From the human T2T-CHM13v2.0 reference genome, Homo sapiens: a stretch of 64,000 bases of DNA. Each line of letters begins with the position of its first letter. The stretch's first letter is position 1. The stretch is taken from the NCBI RefSeq assembly GCF_009914755.1, contig NC_060935.1, one strand, 5' to 3'. Positions 15,842-34,150 of this stretch are shown in pieces. The notes beneath the pieces are model-generated. The model ran no database searches. It saw only the letters and a list, made by a program, of their open reading frames with translations, and was not told the origin of the DNA. A program made the translations under genes and the position numbers.

Positions 15842-16686
15842 TTCTTACAATAAAGTAAGCTACAGAAAAGAAAACGTTTTAAAATCATAAGGGAGAGAAA
15901 ATGCATTTATAGTATTGTACTGTATTTATCAATACTGAAAGTTTATGTCATCTGTTTATAAATGAATCTCTGTCTGAAATGGTTGGCAACTAAAGCTGCA
16001 GACTTCAATCTACACTACATATCAAGCAATTAAACTTTTTCTTGTAATGGCATGACTTTTGTCTGTTTCTCAGGAACACTTCCAGCATCGCTAGTGGCAC
16101 TGTGTATGAGTCCCATAGTGTTATTCAACTAAACATGATGAAAAATAATCAAGAGTGAGAATTTTTAACTATCGTATCCAACTTACTGGAGAGATAAACT
16201 GTTCACTTGGAGATGACTGGCATCATATGGTATTTTAAGGTATTTTAAGCAGATACTCGCAAGACTTGAGCTCACCACAATAGCAACAGGAGGCAGCTAC
16301 AAAATTATTAACAATACTACAGTATATACTTCAGTATATTTTATGCAGTTTTAATACTGTATCTTTACATTTGTTTACATTTCTCAACTGAATGGTGTCA
16401 TGTATAGTCTACAGTGTTTGTGGCGTAAGTTTTCATAAATTTTAACTTTTTATAATAGATTTGTGTATATTTTATGGTAAGATAGACTAGTATCTACTTA
16501 TATTTTATGTATTCATGCAACACCTTTTTCTTAATTTTCCCAATATTTCTAGGCTATGCAGTTTGTCTGCAAGTTTTTTCAAATTGTCACACATCACCAA
16601 ATAATTTTCCAATATAGTTATTGAAAAAAGATCCATGTATAAGTAGACCCATGTTGTCTAAGCTCATGTTGTTAAATGGTCAACTA
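15641..16686. mobile_element. Tigger2 deletion derivative (Tigger2b-like)
   Basis: TA-flanked TIRs cagatgacccttgaacaac / gttgttaaatggtcaacta; internal 'tgaccagaagccttacc'. Confidence 0.85.
15793..15838. repeat. (TA)n microsatellite
   Basis: ~22 TA units. Confidence 0.95.
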
Positions 16687-16689
16687 TAT

Positions 16690-17365
16690 TTTGAATGCAT
16701 ACATTTCCCTCAATCTCTATTGCTTTTACACTAGATCCAGCCACCATCACTTCTTATTAGTCTCCCCACTCCCCATCCATAATTCTCACAACAGCCAAAA
16801 TAAATTAGATCATGTCACTTTACTTCATTTGCTTCCCATTGCACTTTTAATAAAATCTAAGCTCCTTACTAAGCTTACAAGATCTGTATGATCTGGCCCC
16901 TACCTCCACAACGTCATTCATCCAATTCTAGCCTCAATGTCACCCACTATATTCCAGCCACAGAAGCATCCTTTCAATTCCTTGAACATACCAAGTTCTT
17001 TCATACCTAAAGTTTTTTTAATAGGCTGTCCCCTCAAACTGGTTTACTCCCCTTTCTGCATACATGGCTGGTTCCTTCGAATTCTTCACATGTTAGTTTG
17101 TATGTCACCTCTTCAGAGTACCTACCCTGACCACCTTGTTGAAAATAGATTTTCCATTATCTAACACTATATTTTCCCTTTATAGTACTTGTCACAAATT
17201 GCTTAATTATGGTGTTGTTGTTTTGTTTTGCTTTTATTGCCTAAGACCCCTACAGGCCTACAGCTCCATGAGAACAGGGACCACACCTGCATGATTTACC
17301 AGGATGCCCAATGGCTAATACAATAAGAGTAAGTGATGGTGCTTATAAATTTTATTAACTGAAAG
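16690..17365 (+). mobile_element. L2 3' fragment
   Basis: 'tagatcatgtcac...gcttcccattgcac...atgtcacctcttcagag...agctccatgagaacagggacc'. Confidence 0.75.
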
Positions 17366-18199
17366 CTCAAGATAAACTCAAATTTTCACACATTTCAAAT
17401 AGTGTTTCATTTTAAATAGGTTTGCCATCTTGGAGATAGAGGGGTATGAGGAGACTAATTTAACAAATAAAAGCTCATAGTGTATTTTTATTAAAAATAA
17501 AGTGAACATAAAAACATTCCCTTCGTTGTCCCTGATAATCTATGTTACCTCAGAATTAGGATGAAAAACAACTGAACTTATATAAATTAAGAAACTCAAC
17601 AAATCACTGGCAATCTTCCAAATGAACTCATATCTTAAAATATACCAATTTGAGAATATTATTGGTATTTAACTGTTTCAACAAACAAAAATAAAAACAC
17701 TTTTTCTTTAAAAAAAAAGACACAAGTGGAACATGAAATTATGCCAGATAAATGAAAAAGATCTTTTTAATAGAGGCAGCATTTTGAAAACCCAATTTCC
17801 TATTAAAAAAAAAAACCCGTCGTCTAAGTGGTATAACAATGTTCTTAAGAAAATAGTAAACATCTAAATCCTAGACAAGGGCTGTCCCTAAAGACTAGTC
17901 ATAGAGGTTGTATTTGTGCTATTATAAATAGAAATTTATTTCCTAATAAGTGATCCATTTTTGTGTCTTGTATTATCTTTACAGAAATTCTAGATGACAC
18001 ACCATTTTCAAAAAGAAAAAAGTGCTGGGTTTTTTGCCTTCATTTATTTAATTCTATCAAAAGCATTCATCCATTCTGTCATGAAAGTTCTTAAAATAAC
18101 ATTTTGTGCAGTTTACTTCTAACTATCTCACGGGAAATTATTCTGACTTCTTCCCAAGAACATTTCATCATTTTAGACTCAACCATTTGTAATAAGGTT

Positions 18200-18700
18200 G
18201 GCAAAAGTTAAATTGACTGACAATGCCCACAGCTGATGAGATCTTTTTTAAAAAGAAAAAAGCACTCATATACCCCACAGTTTGAAATAAAATGTAAAGG
18301 AGTCGATTAGCAGTATGTTTTTCAAAGTCTTAAAAAATATTCATGCCTTTTAAACCAGGATTTTCATTACCAAATTTTATCCAACAGAAATAAGCAGCCA
18401 GAAGACACATATAAGCCTGTTTACTATAAAACTGAAAACACTGAAAAAATTTAAATGACCTATGTGTCATTTGGATATTTAACACTGGCAATTTTTAAAA
18501 TAAATTATGGCATATTCATGGTCACGACCCGGTCACAATAAAGGCTATTCATTTTTTTAAAAGACAGTGTACAGCTACTAAAAGTAGCATTTATCTTTAT
18601 TAGCATAGAAAGATGTCCCAAAAAACCAAGAAAATAAACGAGTCACAAAACAGCATTATACTATGAAGTAACATTTAAGAAACAAAACATGTTTTTTGCA
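18200..18700 (+). mobile_element. Old L1ME-type 3' fragment, the host of the L1PA insertion (continues ~24870-24950)
   Basis: 'taaattatggcatattcat...atagaaagatgtcc' and 'catagaccaaaatgttagcag'. Confidence 0.5.
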
Positions 18701-18941
18701 TGTGGTACACATGTATTTTTTTCTTAATTTTATTATTATTATAGTTTAAGTTTTAGGGTACATGTGCACAACGTGCAGGTTTGTAACATATGTATACATG
18801 TGCCATGCTGGTGTGCTGCACCCATCAACTCGTCATTTAGCATTAGGTGTATCTCCTAATACTATCCCTCCCCCCTCCCCAACCCCACAACAGGCCCGGG
18901 TGTGTGATGTACCCCTTTCTGTGTCCATGTGTTCTCATTGT

Positions 18942-22746
<3,805 letters not shown>

Positions 22747-22809
22747 TATGATGCTGGCTGGTTATTTTGCTTGTTAGTTGATGCAGTTTCTTCCTAGCCT
22801 TGATGGTCT

Positions 22810-23823
22810 TTACAATTTGGCATGTTTTTGCAGTGGCTGGTACCGGTTGTTCCTTTCCATGTTTAGTGCTTCCCTCAGGAGCTCTTTTAGGGCAGGCCTG
22901 GTGGCGACAAAATCTCTCAGCATTTGCTTGTCTGTAAAGGATTTTATTTCTCCTTCACTTATGAAGCTTAGTTTGGCTGGATATGAAATTCTGGGTTGAA
23001 AATTCTTTTCTTTAAGAATGTTGAATGTTGGCCCTCAGTTTCTTTTGGCTTGTAGAGTTTCTGCTGAGAGATCCGCTGTTAGTCTGATGGGCTTCCCTTT
23101 GTGGGTAACCCGACCTTTCTCTCTGGCTGCCTTAACATTTTTTCCTTCATTTCAACTTTGGTGAATCTGACAGTTATGTATCTTGGAGTTGCTCTTCTCA
23201 AGGAGTATCTTTGTGGCGTTCTCTGTATTTCCTGAATTTGAATGTTGGCCTGCCTTGCTAGATTGGGGAAGTTCTCCTGGATAATATCCTGCAGAGTGTT
23301 TTCCAACTTGGTTCCATTCTCCCCGTCACTTTCAGGTACACCAATCAGACATAGATTTGGTCTTTTCACATAGTCCCTTATTTCTTGGAGGCTTTGTTCA
23401 TTTCTTTTCATTCTTTTTTCTCTAAACTTCTCTTCTTGCTTCATTTCATTCATTTCATCTTCCATCGCTGATACCCTTTCTTCCAGTTGATCGAATCGGC
23501 TACTGAGGCTTGTGCATTCGTCACTTAATTCTCATGCCGTGGATTTCAGCTCCATCAGGTCCTTTAAGGACTTCTCAGTATTGGTTATTCTAGTTAGCCA
23601 TTCATCTAATGTTTTTCTCAAGGTTTTTAACTTCTTTGCCATTGGTTCGAACTTTCTCCTCTACCTCGGAGCAGTTTGATCTTCTGAAGCCTTCTCTCAA
23701 CTCGTCAAAGTCATTCTCCGTCCAGCTGTGTTCCGTTGCTGGTGAGGAGCTGCGTTCCTTTGGAGGAGGAGAAGCGCTCTGATTTTTAGAGTCTCTGGTT
23801 TTTCTGCTCTGTTTTTTCCCCAT
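22810..23823 (-). pseudogene. L1 ORF1, disrupted
   Basis: MGKKQSRKT... (23602-23823) and MEDEMNEMK... (23079-23465) are in different frames. Confidence 0.93.
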
Positions 23824-23829
23824 CTTTGT

Positions 23830-24852
23830 GGCTTTATCTACCTTTGGTCTTTGACAATGGTGATGTACAGATGGGTTTTTGGTGTGGATGTCCTTTCTGT
23901 TTGTTACTTTTCCTTCTAACAGTCAGGACCCTCAGCTTCAGGTCTGTTGGAGTTTGCTGGAGGTCCACTCCAGACCCTGTTTGCCTCGGTATCAGCAGCG
24001 GTGGCTGCAGAACAGCGGATATTGGTGAACTGCAAATGCTGCTGCCTGATCGTTTCTCTGGAAGTTTTGTCTCAGAGGAGTATCCAGCTGTGTGAGGTGT
24101 CAGTCCACCCCTACTGGGGGGTGCCTCCCAGTTAGGCTACTCAGGGGTCAGGGACCCACTTGAGGAGGCAGTCTGCCAGTTCTCAGATCTCAAGCTGCGT
24201 GCTGGGAGAACCACTACTCTCTTCAAAGCTGTCAGACAGGGACATTTAGGTCTGCAGAGGTTACTGCTGCCTTTTGTTTGTCTGTGCCTTGCCCCCAGAG
24301 GTGGAGCCTACAGAGGCAGGCAGGCGTCCTTGAGCTGTGGTGGGCTCCACCCAGTTCGAGCTTCCCGGCCGCTTTGTTTACCTACTCAAGCCTTGGCAAT
24401 GGCGGACGCCCCTCCCCCAGCCTCACTGCCGCCTTGCAGTTTGATCTCAGACTGCTGTGCTAGCAATGAGCAGGGCTCCATGGGCATAGGACCCTCCGAG
24501 CCAGGTGCGGGATATAATCTCCTGGTGTGCCGTTTGTTAAGCCCATTGGAAAAGCACAGTATTAGGGTGGGAGTGACCCGATTTTCCAGGTGCCGTCTGT
24601 CACCCCTTTCTTTGACTAGGAAAGGGAATTCCCAACCCCTTGTACTTCCCAGGTGAGGGGATGCCTCGTGCTGCTTCAGCTCACGCTCGGTGCGCTGCAC
24701 CCACTATCCTGCACCCACTGTCCGGCACTCCCCAGTGAGATGAACGCGGTACCTCAGTTGGAAATGCATAAATCACCCATCTTCTGCGTCGCTCACGCTG
24801 GGAGCTGTAGACTGGAGCTGTTCCTATTCGGCCATCTTGGCTCCACCCCTCA
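23830..24852. promoter_or_regulatory. L1 5'UTR with sense and antisense promoters; YY1 site at 24830-24840
   Basis: ggccatcttgg is the reverse complement of the ccaagatggcc YY1 motif; relatively CpG-rich 5'UTR. Confidence 0.7.
24399..24656 (+). CDS. L1 antisense ORF0 homologue, 85 aa, open reading frame (expression unknown)
   Basis: MADAPPPASLPPCSLISDCCASNEQGSMGIGPSEPG... matches the primate L1 ORF0 N-terminus; ATG context gcaATGg. Confidence 0.6.
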   Translation: MADAPPPASLPPCSLISDCCASNEQGSMGIGPSEPGAGYNLLVCRLLSPLEKHSIRVGVTRFSRCRLSPLSLTRKGNSQPLVLPR

Positions 24853-24956
24853 GTACACATGTATTTTTAAGAAGTCAGGAAATACATAGACCAAAATGTT
24901 AGCAGAATTACATGAAAGTAGTAGGGTTTCTTTTTTACATTTTTATTTTGTCTTAA

Positions 24957-25122
24957 TTTTTTTTTTTTTTTTGTAAGGGACAAGGTCTTGCTCTGTCACC
25001 GAGGCTGGAGTACATTGGTGAGATCATAGCTCACTGCAGTCTTGAACTCCTGGGCTCAACCAATCCGCCTGTCTCAGCCTCCTGAGCAGCTGGGACTACA
25101 GGTACACACAATTGTGACCAGT
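24957..25122 (-). mobile_element. AluJ right arm
   Basis: 'gatcatagctcactgcagtcttgaactcctgggctc'. Confidence 0.85.
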
Positions 25123-26034
25123 TTAGAACTTTTAAAATGAGTATCTTCTACTTCTATGACAAGAGAAAAGATGCTTTCATTTGGGAAAAGTTTATTTCCT
25201 AAATATGAAGCCTATTTTCAAGCTTCCCCAAACTAAATTCTGTTACTTCTATAACAGCAAGGAGTCCTTCAGACAAGTCATTTACTTTGTACTTAGAATT
25301 AGAAGTTGTTATCTCTGATAGGGAGTGATAAATTTGTGCTGTTTCATTCAGGAAAACCAAGAGTACAAATTTGCCATCTGCATAACCCCAGTTGCCAGAG
25401 GTCATGAATCCAGTCTATAATAGAAAATGCTGAAAACATAAATGGTCTACACCTCCCTTTTAAGGAAATATTTTCAGCCAAAGAAGCTAATTAGCCACAT
25501 ACGAAGACCTATTTTTAGATTTTTAGTACTAATTTTCATATCTTTTCATTTACTCTATCATGTCTTCCCTTTGAAAGTTTCATATTTATATACAAATTGA
25601 ACTCTTTAATTTTTCCTTACAAAGTAGTTATCTTGTCATTTCTATCAATTCTTTCCATTTTTATCATATTTTGACAAGATTTCTTCACATGTATCATAAG
25701 TATTATGTTCTAATCATCATCAAAACTGAATAGGAAGAATTCTATTCCTGTCTTAAAGTACAAGAACTGTGTAGTCAATCCTCTCCCCTACCCTCCCCAC
25801 CAAAATCTTTGTACTGCCGGGTGCTCCTATTATGAATAATCCATATTTCATAATCTTAATCTTATACCACTGATTTTTAAGATCTCTAAGCTTAAAAGTA
25901 TTCATTTTTTTTCTTAACCTCTTGGTGTATATCCTAACCAAATATATATATATATCTCTCTCTCTCAAAGATTCTGTATCATTTTAAACAACCTGTGATA
26001 ATTCTCCAAAAAAAAAAAAAAGGTATTGATTAGT

Positions 26035-26430
26035 AAGTCAGCCAAAGATATGAGCCACTCAGATCTCCTTTCAAGAAAGAATTTATGACTCAGCTGCAGG
26101 GAGGGTAATTAGCTATTAGAGCCTTCAGGTTCTGCATCAGCATTCCGGTTAAAACTATTATCTTCCCAAGTTATCTCCCAACCAATGACTAAGCACAGCT
26201 GTAATACTAAGGCCTGGTCATTTCTGCCTAACATGGGACTCCTTCGATATACAATCTTACTCTTGGTCTCCCTACTGGGCTGGCTGAGACTGTCAGCTCT
26301 GCATCATGGTGAGGAGACTCCCCTGGCCCTATGTTGTTTTCATTAATCCTTCACAGTCATTGTTCCTCAATCAACCTCTTGCACTCCTAACTCCACCTCA
26401 GCATCTTCTTCCCAAAGGACCTAACAGATA
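26035..26430 (+). mobile_element. LTR16-type ERVL solo LTR
   Basis: 3' end 'aacctcttgcactcctaactccacctcagcatcttcttcc' and 'ggcctggtcatttctgcc'. Confidence 0.7.
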
Positions 26431-27647
26431 TAATGATTTAATACTGACACATCAGTATTATTCATCAAAGATCCAGATTTAAAATTATAATTCTAATACA
26501 AATATCTATTTCTCTCATTTATATGTCCCCTTACATTCTGCCATACCTATCAGATAAAATTTTAAAAATATGGATAAGCTATTAAAAACAGGTATGCAGA
26601 GGATTTGAGATGTTGGTTGAGGTAGTTGTTTTTACCCCTCATTTTGATCTTGTAAATGCTTTTACCCTGGCATCAAGGATGTATCTTTTTTTCCTGAGCC
26701 AGTTTCACTGAGCCAATATCCTATCTTGATTTTCTATAGCATAGTTAGACCATTTATTTTATTAAAAAGTGTTCATTTCACTGAATTGCTGGAGCAATTC
26801 ATGTACATTTTGTGATAACAATTTTAATTTGTTTTATAACCATATCAATTTTTTTAATGTTAGCTTGTATCACAGTAAAATTTGGGTGAGTGGCCCAATT
26901 TGTACCTTTTCCTAACCAAGTCTATTTTTCCAAAGTCAAATTTTACAGATCTAAATTTTGTCAAGATGATAGTGTTCCTATCAGATTTTAATTGACAACA
27001 AAATTTTCCATGTGCAGCTATAACAGCTTTTATTTGTGTTACATCTACCCTATCAAATGGTGGGATCAAAGATTATTCGGATTTAAATTCTCTACTTCAA
27101 AATTATCTTCAAATTCAGGTCACAACTTAAATGTCGTCTTCTCAAAGGAATAATCCTCCATCTCTATGATGAAAAGAATGCATGCATCCAAAACAGAAAG
27201 AACAAAGGGAACAAGCTTAGTGTGCTGGCTGGACAAAAAGAAAATCAGTGTGGTTATAGCTTGGTAGAAAAAGGGATACGGGTGGCCAGGTGGTACAGTA
27301 TCTCTTATATGCCTCAGCCCAGACATGGCACATCAATTTGTTAAAATTTCATTGCCTAAAATTAGTTACATGGCACTTCCTACGTACAAAGAGAACTACA
27401 CAGGGTTTCTTTCTGCCAAGGAAGGAGAAACAGGTGTGAGTAAGCACTGGTAGCCTCAAATACAAATACCTTCCTTACGGTACTTATAAAGATTGAAATG
27501 AGATAATATCAAGTTCATAGCTCATTGCCAACATTTTTGAGTATTGAATAAATAACTAATTTACACTTTATTGTTTTTCAAGTATACATCTAATTATACT
27601 TCCTTTTTTAAGTGAATTGAAGCATTTTTTAAAAGTCAATTAATTGA

Positions 27648-27946
<299 letters not shown>

Positions 27947-28219
27947 CTCAATTGAGAACCTTGACCAACACTAACAGCAAAACTATTTACATAAACTTCC
28001 CTTTTTGGAAAAATTAGAAGATACTTTCAAATCAACAATCCTTCAAACGTTTCTATAGTTCATATTGTAATTTCTCAATGACTATCACTGACCAGATCCT
28101 AGGACTATCATTGACAATGTCCTAGAACTTCATTAATCCATAACAGGAAAATTGAATCATTGCTGCATCTAGATATCCATCATTCAAGATAGGTAGCAAA
28201 TTTGCTTTTTAAAAATGTA

Positions 28220-28485
28220 GTCCAGGATGAGGCAGGAGGATCACCTGAGCCCAAGAGTTCAATACCAGCCTAAGCAACATAGTGAGACCCCCCATCTCCA
28301 CAAATAATAGAAACAATTAGCCAGGTGTGGTGATTTGTGCCTGTGGTCCCAGCTACTCAGGAGGCTGAGATAGGACAATCATTTGAGTCCAGAAAGTCAA
28401 GGCTGCAGTGAGCCGCAATTCTACCACCACACTCCAGCCTGGGCAACAGAGCGAGATCTTGTCTCAAAACAAAACAAAACAAAAA
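28220..28485 (+). mobile_element. AluJ (5' degraded)
   Basis: J-type Alu with (caaaa)n tail. Confidence 0.88.
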
Positions 28486-28564
28486 TAGGAGTCCTCATAT
28501 AACCAGAAAGTACAAATGAACAAATAAAAACGAACAAAGAATATCTGAAATAACGTTCGATTTA

Positions 28565-29156
<592 letters not shown>

Positions 29157-29308
29157 TCGAGTCTGTCTCTTAAAAAAGTTTAAAGAGTGTTCAATGTAAA
29201 CAAATTACTTTCATTTCTAGTAATGTATATTCAGTAATTTGGACTAACTTCTCTGATGGAAACAAATAGAAAAGCTGGATAAATCTGATTAAAGGCATTA
29301 ATGAGTCA

Positions 29309-29860
<552 letters not shown>

Positions 29861-29984
29861 CTATCCCTGGGAATACTGCCCAGCCTCAAATCATCTCAGT
29901 ACTTAAAACTGGATTAAGGTGATACAGAATTACTAATACCCCTATCTTGTCTTTTACTTCTTTGAAAATATTGAGCAGGATTAT

Positions 29985-30420
29985 TTTCTTCAGGTTTATT
30001 GTGCTATAATGTCAAATAAACTGCACATATTTAAAGCGTACAATTAAATGAGGTTTGACGTGTATATACACTGGTGAAACCATCATCACAGTCAACATAA
30101 TTAACACAGCCATAACCCCCCAAAGATTCTTTAGGCACCTTTGTAATCCTTGCCTTCTACCTGTTCCTACCCTAGTACTCCACATTCCTAAACCACCACT
30201 GATCGGCCTTCTGTCACTATAGATTGGTTTGTATAATTAGTTTAGAATTGCATGTAAATAAATGGTATGTACTTTGGGAGGGGGTCACTTCTATTGTATA
30301 AGTAGACCTGAAGTTGTTGATCCATTAATCCACTGAAAGACATTTGGGCTGTTTCTGGGTTTTGGCTATTACAAATAAAGCTACTACGAACATCCTTATA
30401 TAAGTCTATGTATGGGCATA
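29985..30420 (-). mobile_element. L1MC/MB-type 3' end
   Basis: 'aataaactgcacatatttaaagcgtacaatt...gacatttgggctgtttc...gctattacaaataaagct'. Confidence 0.75.
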
Positions 30421-30520
30421 AGGTATGAATATTTTGAAGCCTGTTTCTGATAACACTCCTATCAGATTCTAAAGTACAAGAATATAGAAAGAATAAAAGG
30501 ATTCAAAAATATAACATGGA

Positions 30521-30825
30521 GGCTGGTGCACGGTGGCTCATACCTGTTATCTCAGCACTTTGGGGGATGGAAGCAGGAAGACTGCTTGAGTCCAGGAGCT
30601 CGAGATCAGCCTGGGCAACATGGTGAAACCCTATCTCTACAAAGAACAGGAAAACCAGCTGGGTGTGGTGGCGCACACCGGCAATCCCAGCTACTCGGGA
30701 GGCTGAGGTGGGAGGACTGCCTGAGCCTGGGGTGGTTGAGGCTGTGGTGAGCCATGATTGTACCACTGCACTCCGGCCTGGGCAACAGAGTAAGGCCCTG
30801 TCTCAAAAATGAAAACAAATAAAAA
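30521..30825 (+). mobile_element. AluJb
   Basis: Dimeric J-type Alu. Confidence 0.9.
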
Positions 30826-31863
<1,038 letters not shown>

Positions 31864-33406
31864 TTCCTTAGCATTCATATTTTGGTGCCTAATACTCTAC
31901 TAGTAAGTGAACCACAATATAATGGAGTAGGAGAAAAAATTGGATGTGTCTGTAACATCCTGCTGTAAATTTTACTTTCAAGATCATAGACATCACTAAA
32001 AAAGGAGGAAAAGGTAAATAGGGGAATTATACTAATTACATTTTGAAAAACTGCACATAAAATAAAAATACCAACTAATGATCATTAATGTTTTTTATTT
32101 TACAAAAGACCGTGACGTCACAACAATGGTCAAGAGAAAACGCAAAATGCACTATATAAACCTAATGGTAAATATAGTAGCTTGTTTTTATAATGTATAG
32201 AAAAGTATTGATATACATGTATATTTTGGGTTTTAAAATTTTGATTATGTTTTATGTGTTCATTTATAGAGCACATAAATGTGTCTGTTTTTATCTTTGT
32301 AAGAAGAACAGCATGAATAAAATTAGTAGTGAGCCAAACAGCACTAGCCAAAAGAAGGAATTATGCTACAAACAAGAAGACCCAATCAGCACTGGAGGTG
32401 CCCTTTAGTAACTAAGTATAAGGTGAGTCCCACAGCTGATTAGTATTGGTAGTTATATCCAAAAACCAATTAGAAGAAAGATTCTGCAATGTGTCCCAAT
32501 AATACATGAGACAAAAGTCCCCAAAAGTAAGCTAACTATACAGACTTAAAACCTTATCTCAGGAGATGAAACCCTAGATGAACATGATAATTTTAATGAA
32601 GTGCAGGCATAAGTTGCTGATCATTTTAGGAGATATGCATACAATTAAAAGAACAAAAAAAAAAAAAAAACAGGATAACCTGTTAAGGCTGTCTGGCCAA
32701 ACAAAATTTAAAGACTTCCTTATTTCTGAGAAAGGTAACCAATTTTCAAAATAAATTTATAGGAAAGATGGGAACTTAAAAGTACCATGATATAACACAT
32801 AAAACTCAGATTAAATGGAGACTTGGTCTAGAGAACAATAGCTGAAATACGAATCATCATGGACTAAGAAATCAGTTTTCATGTCCAACACAAAAATCAA
32901 ATGGTGAGTGACACAGAATCAGTATCTTTGCTGATCTGAGAACGCATGCTCTTTACCTTTGAGTTTGGTGGTATGACTAAAACCCAGAGAAGTAAAAAGC
33001 AAAATATAATTGCAACTGGTTGAATTACCTATACCTACAAAAACAGAAAAATTGGAGCAGTAGAATTATATTATCATCAGGATATGAAACAGTAAAATTC
33101 ATGGTATTTAATGATGTAACTGGTTTGGGGTAATAATTTAGATATATGGTGCATTTTTTTCTGCTTCTTAATGTGTTTAGATCATTTGAAAAACACTTAT
33201 TATTAAATTTTATGACTCCAATCAATAAAAGTATTAAAGTTCGCAATACGTGTTTAAATATCTGGGAATTTTTATTGCATTATCAGTAAGTTTGATTATT
33301 TGCATAAGGAATATAAGAATACTTAGAGGAATATTAGTGTTTAATATCTAAAGATATACCAATTGTTTGACAAATTAATATTAATAGATTAAACAAATTT
33401 GTGTCA

Positions 33407-34150
33407 CAGATTAGAGTGCTTAAAAAAATTTATAGCTTGAAATGCATATACAAGAGAGAAAGTGGCCAGGAGCGGTAGCTCATGCCTGTAATCCCAGCAT
33501 TTTGGGATGCAGAGGAAGGGGGATCACTTGAGGTCAGAAGTTTGAAACCACCCTGGCCAACACGGTGAAACTCCATCTCTACTAAAAATACAAAAAAATT
33601 AGCCAGGTGTGGTGGCACACGCCTGTACTCCCAGCTACTTGGGGGGCTGAGGCAGGAGAATCACTTGAACCTGGGAGGCAAGAGGTTGCAGTGAGCTGAG
33701 ATCATACCACTGCACTCTGGCCTGGGTAACAGAGCGAGACTGTCTCAAAAAAAAGAGAAAGTAAGTAATGCTAAAAATCAATGATGTAAAAATTCATCCA
33801 AGGAACTTTGAAAATGGACAGCAGATTAAATCCAATGAAGGAAGTAAATAAAGATGAGAACAGAATTTTTAATACAAAAAAATATACAATAGAGAAGAAT
33901 GACAAAGCTAAAAGTTGGTTGTTAATTTGATAAGCTCCCAGCAACACAAAACAAAAAAAGGCGGCAATAATAATCAAAATCAGGAAACATTACAGATCCT
34001 ACTGACTTCAAAAAGATAAAAAAGTATATTATGAACAATGTTATGGTAATAAATATGAAAATCTAGATGAAACGGACAAATTCCTAGAAAACAACTTTTC
34101 GAAACTGGCTCAAGAAACTGAAAATCCGAGAAGCAGATATCTATAAAATG
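33407..34150 (+). mobile_element. Old L1M ORF2 fragment, interrupted by an Alu
   Basis: 'gtgctt...aatttatagcttgaaatgcatat' and 'aatctagatgaaacggacaaattcctagaaa'. Confidence 0.75.
33464..33754 (+). mobile_element. AluSx
   Basis: Full Alu; TSD aagagagaaagt-like. Confidence 0.92.

Noticed and set aside
25199-27069. Short minus-strand ORFs (25199-25405, 26860-27069) as possible host exons
   Set aside because: No recognisable protein similarity and no convincing paired splice sites.
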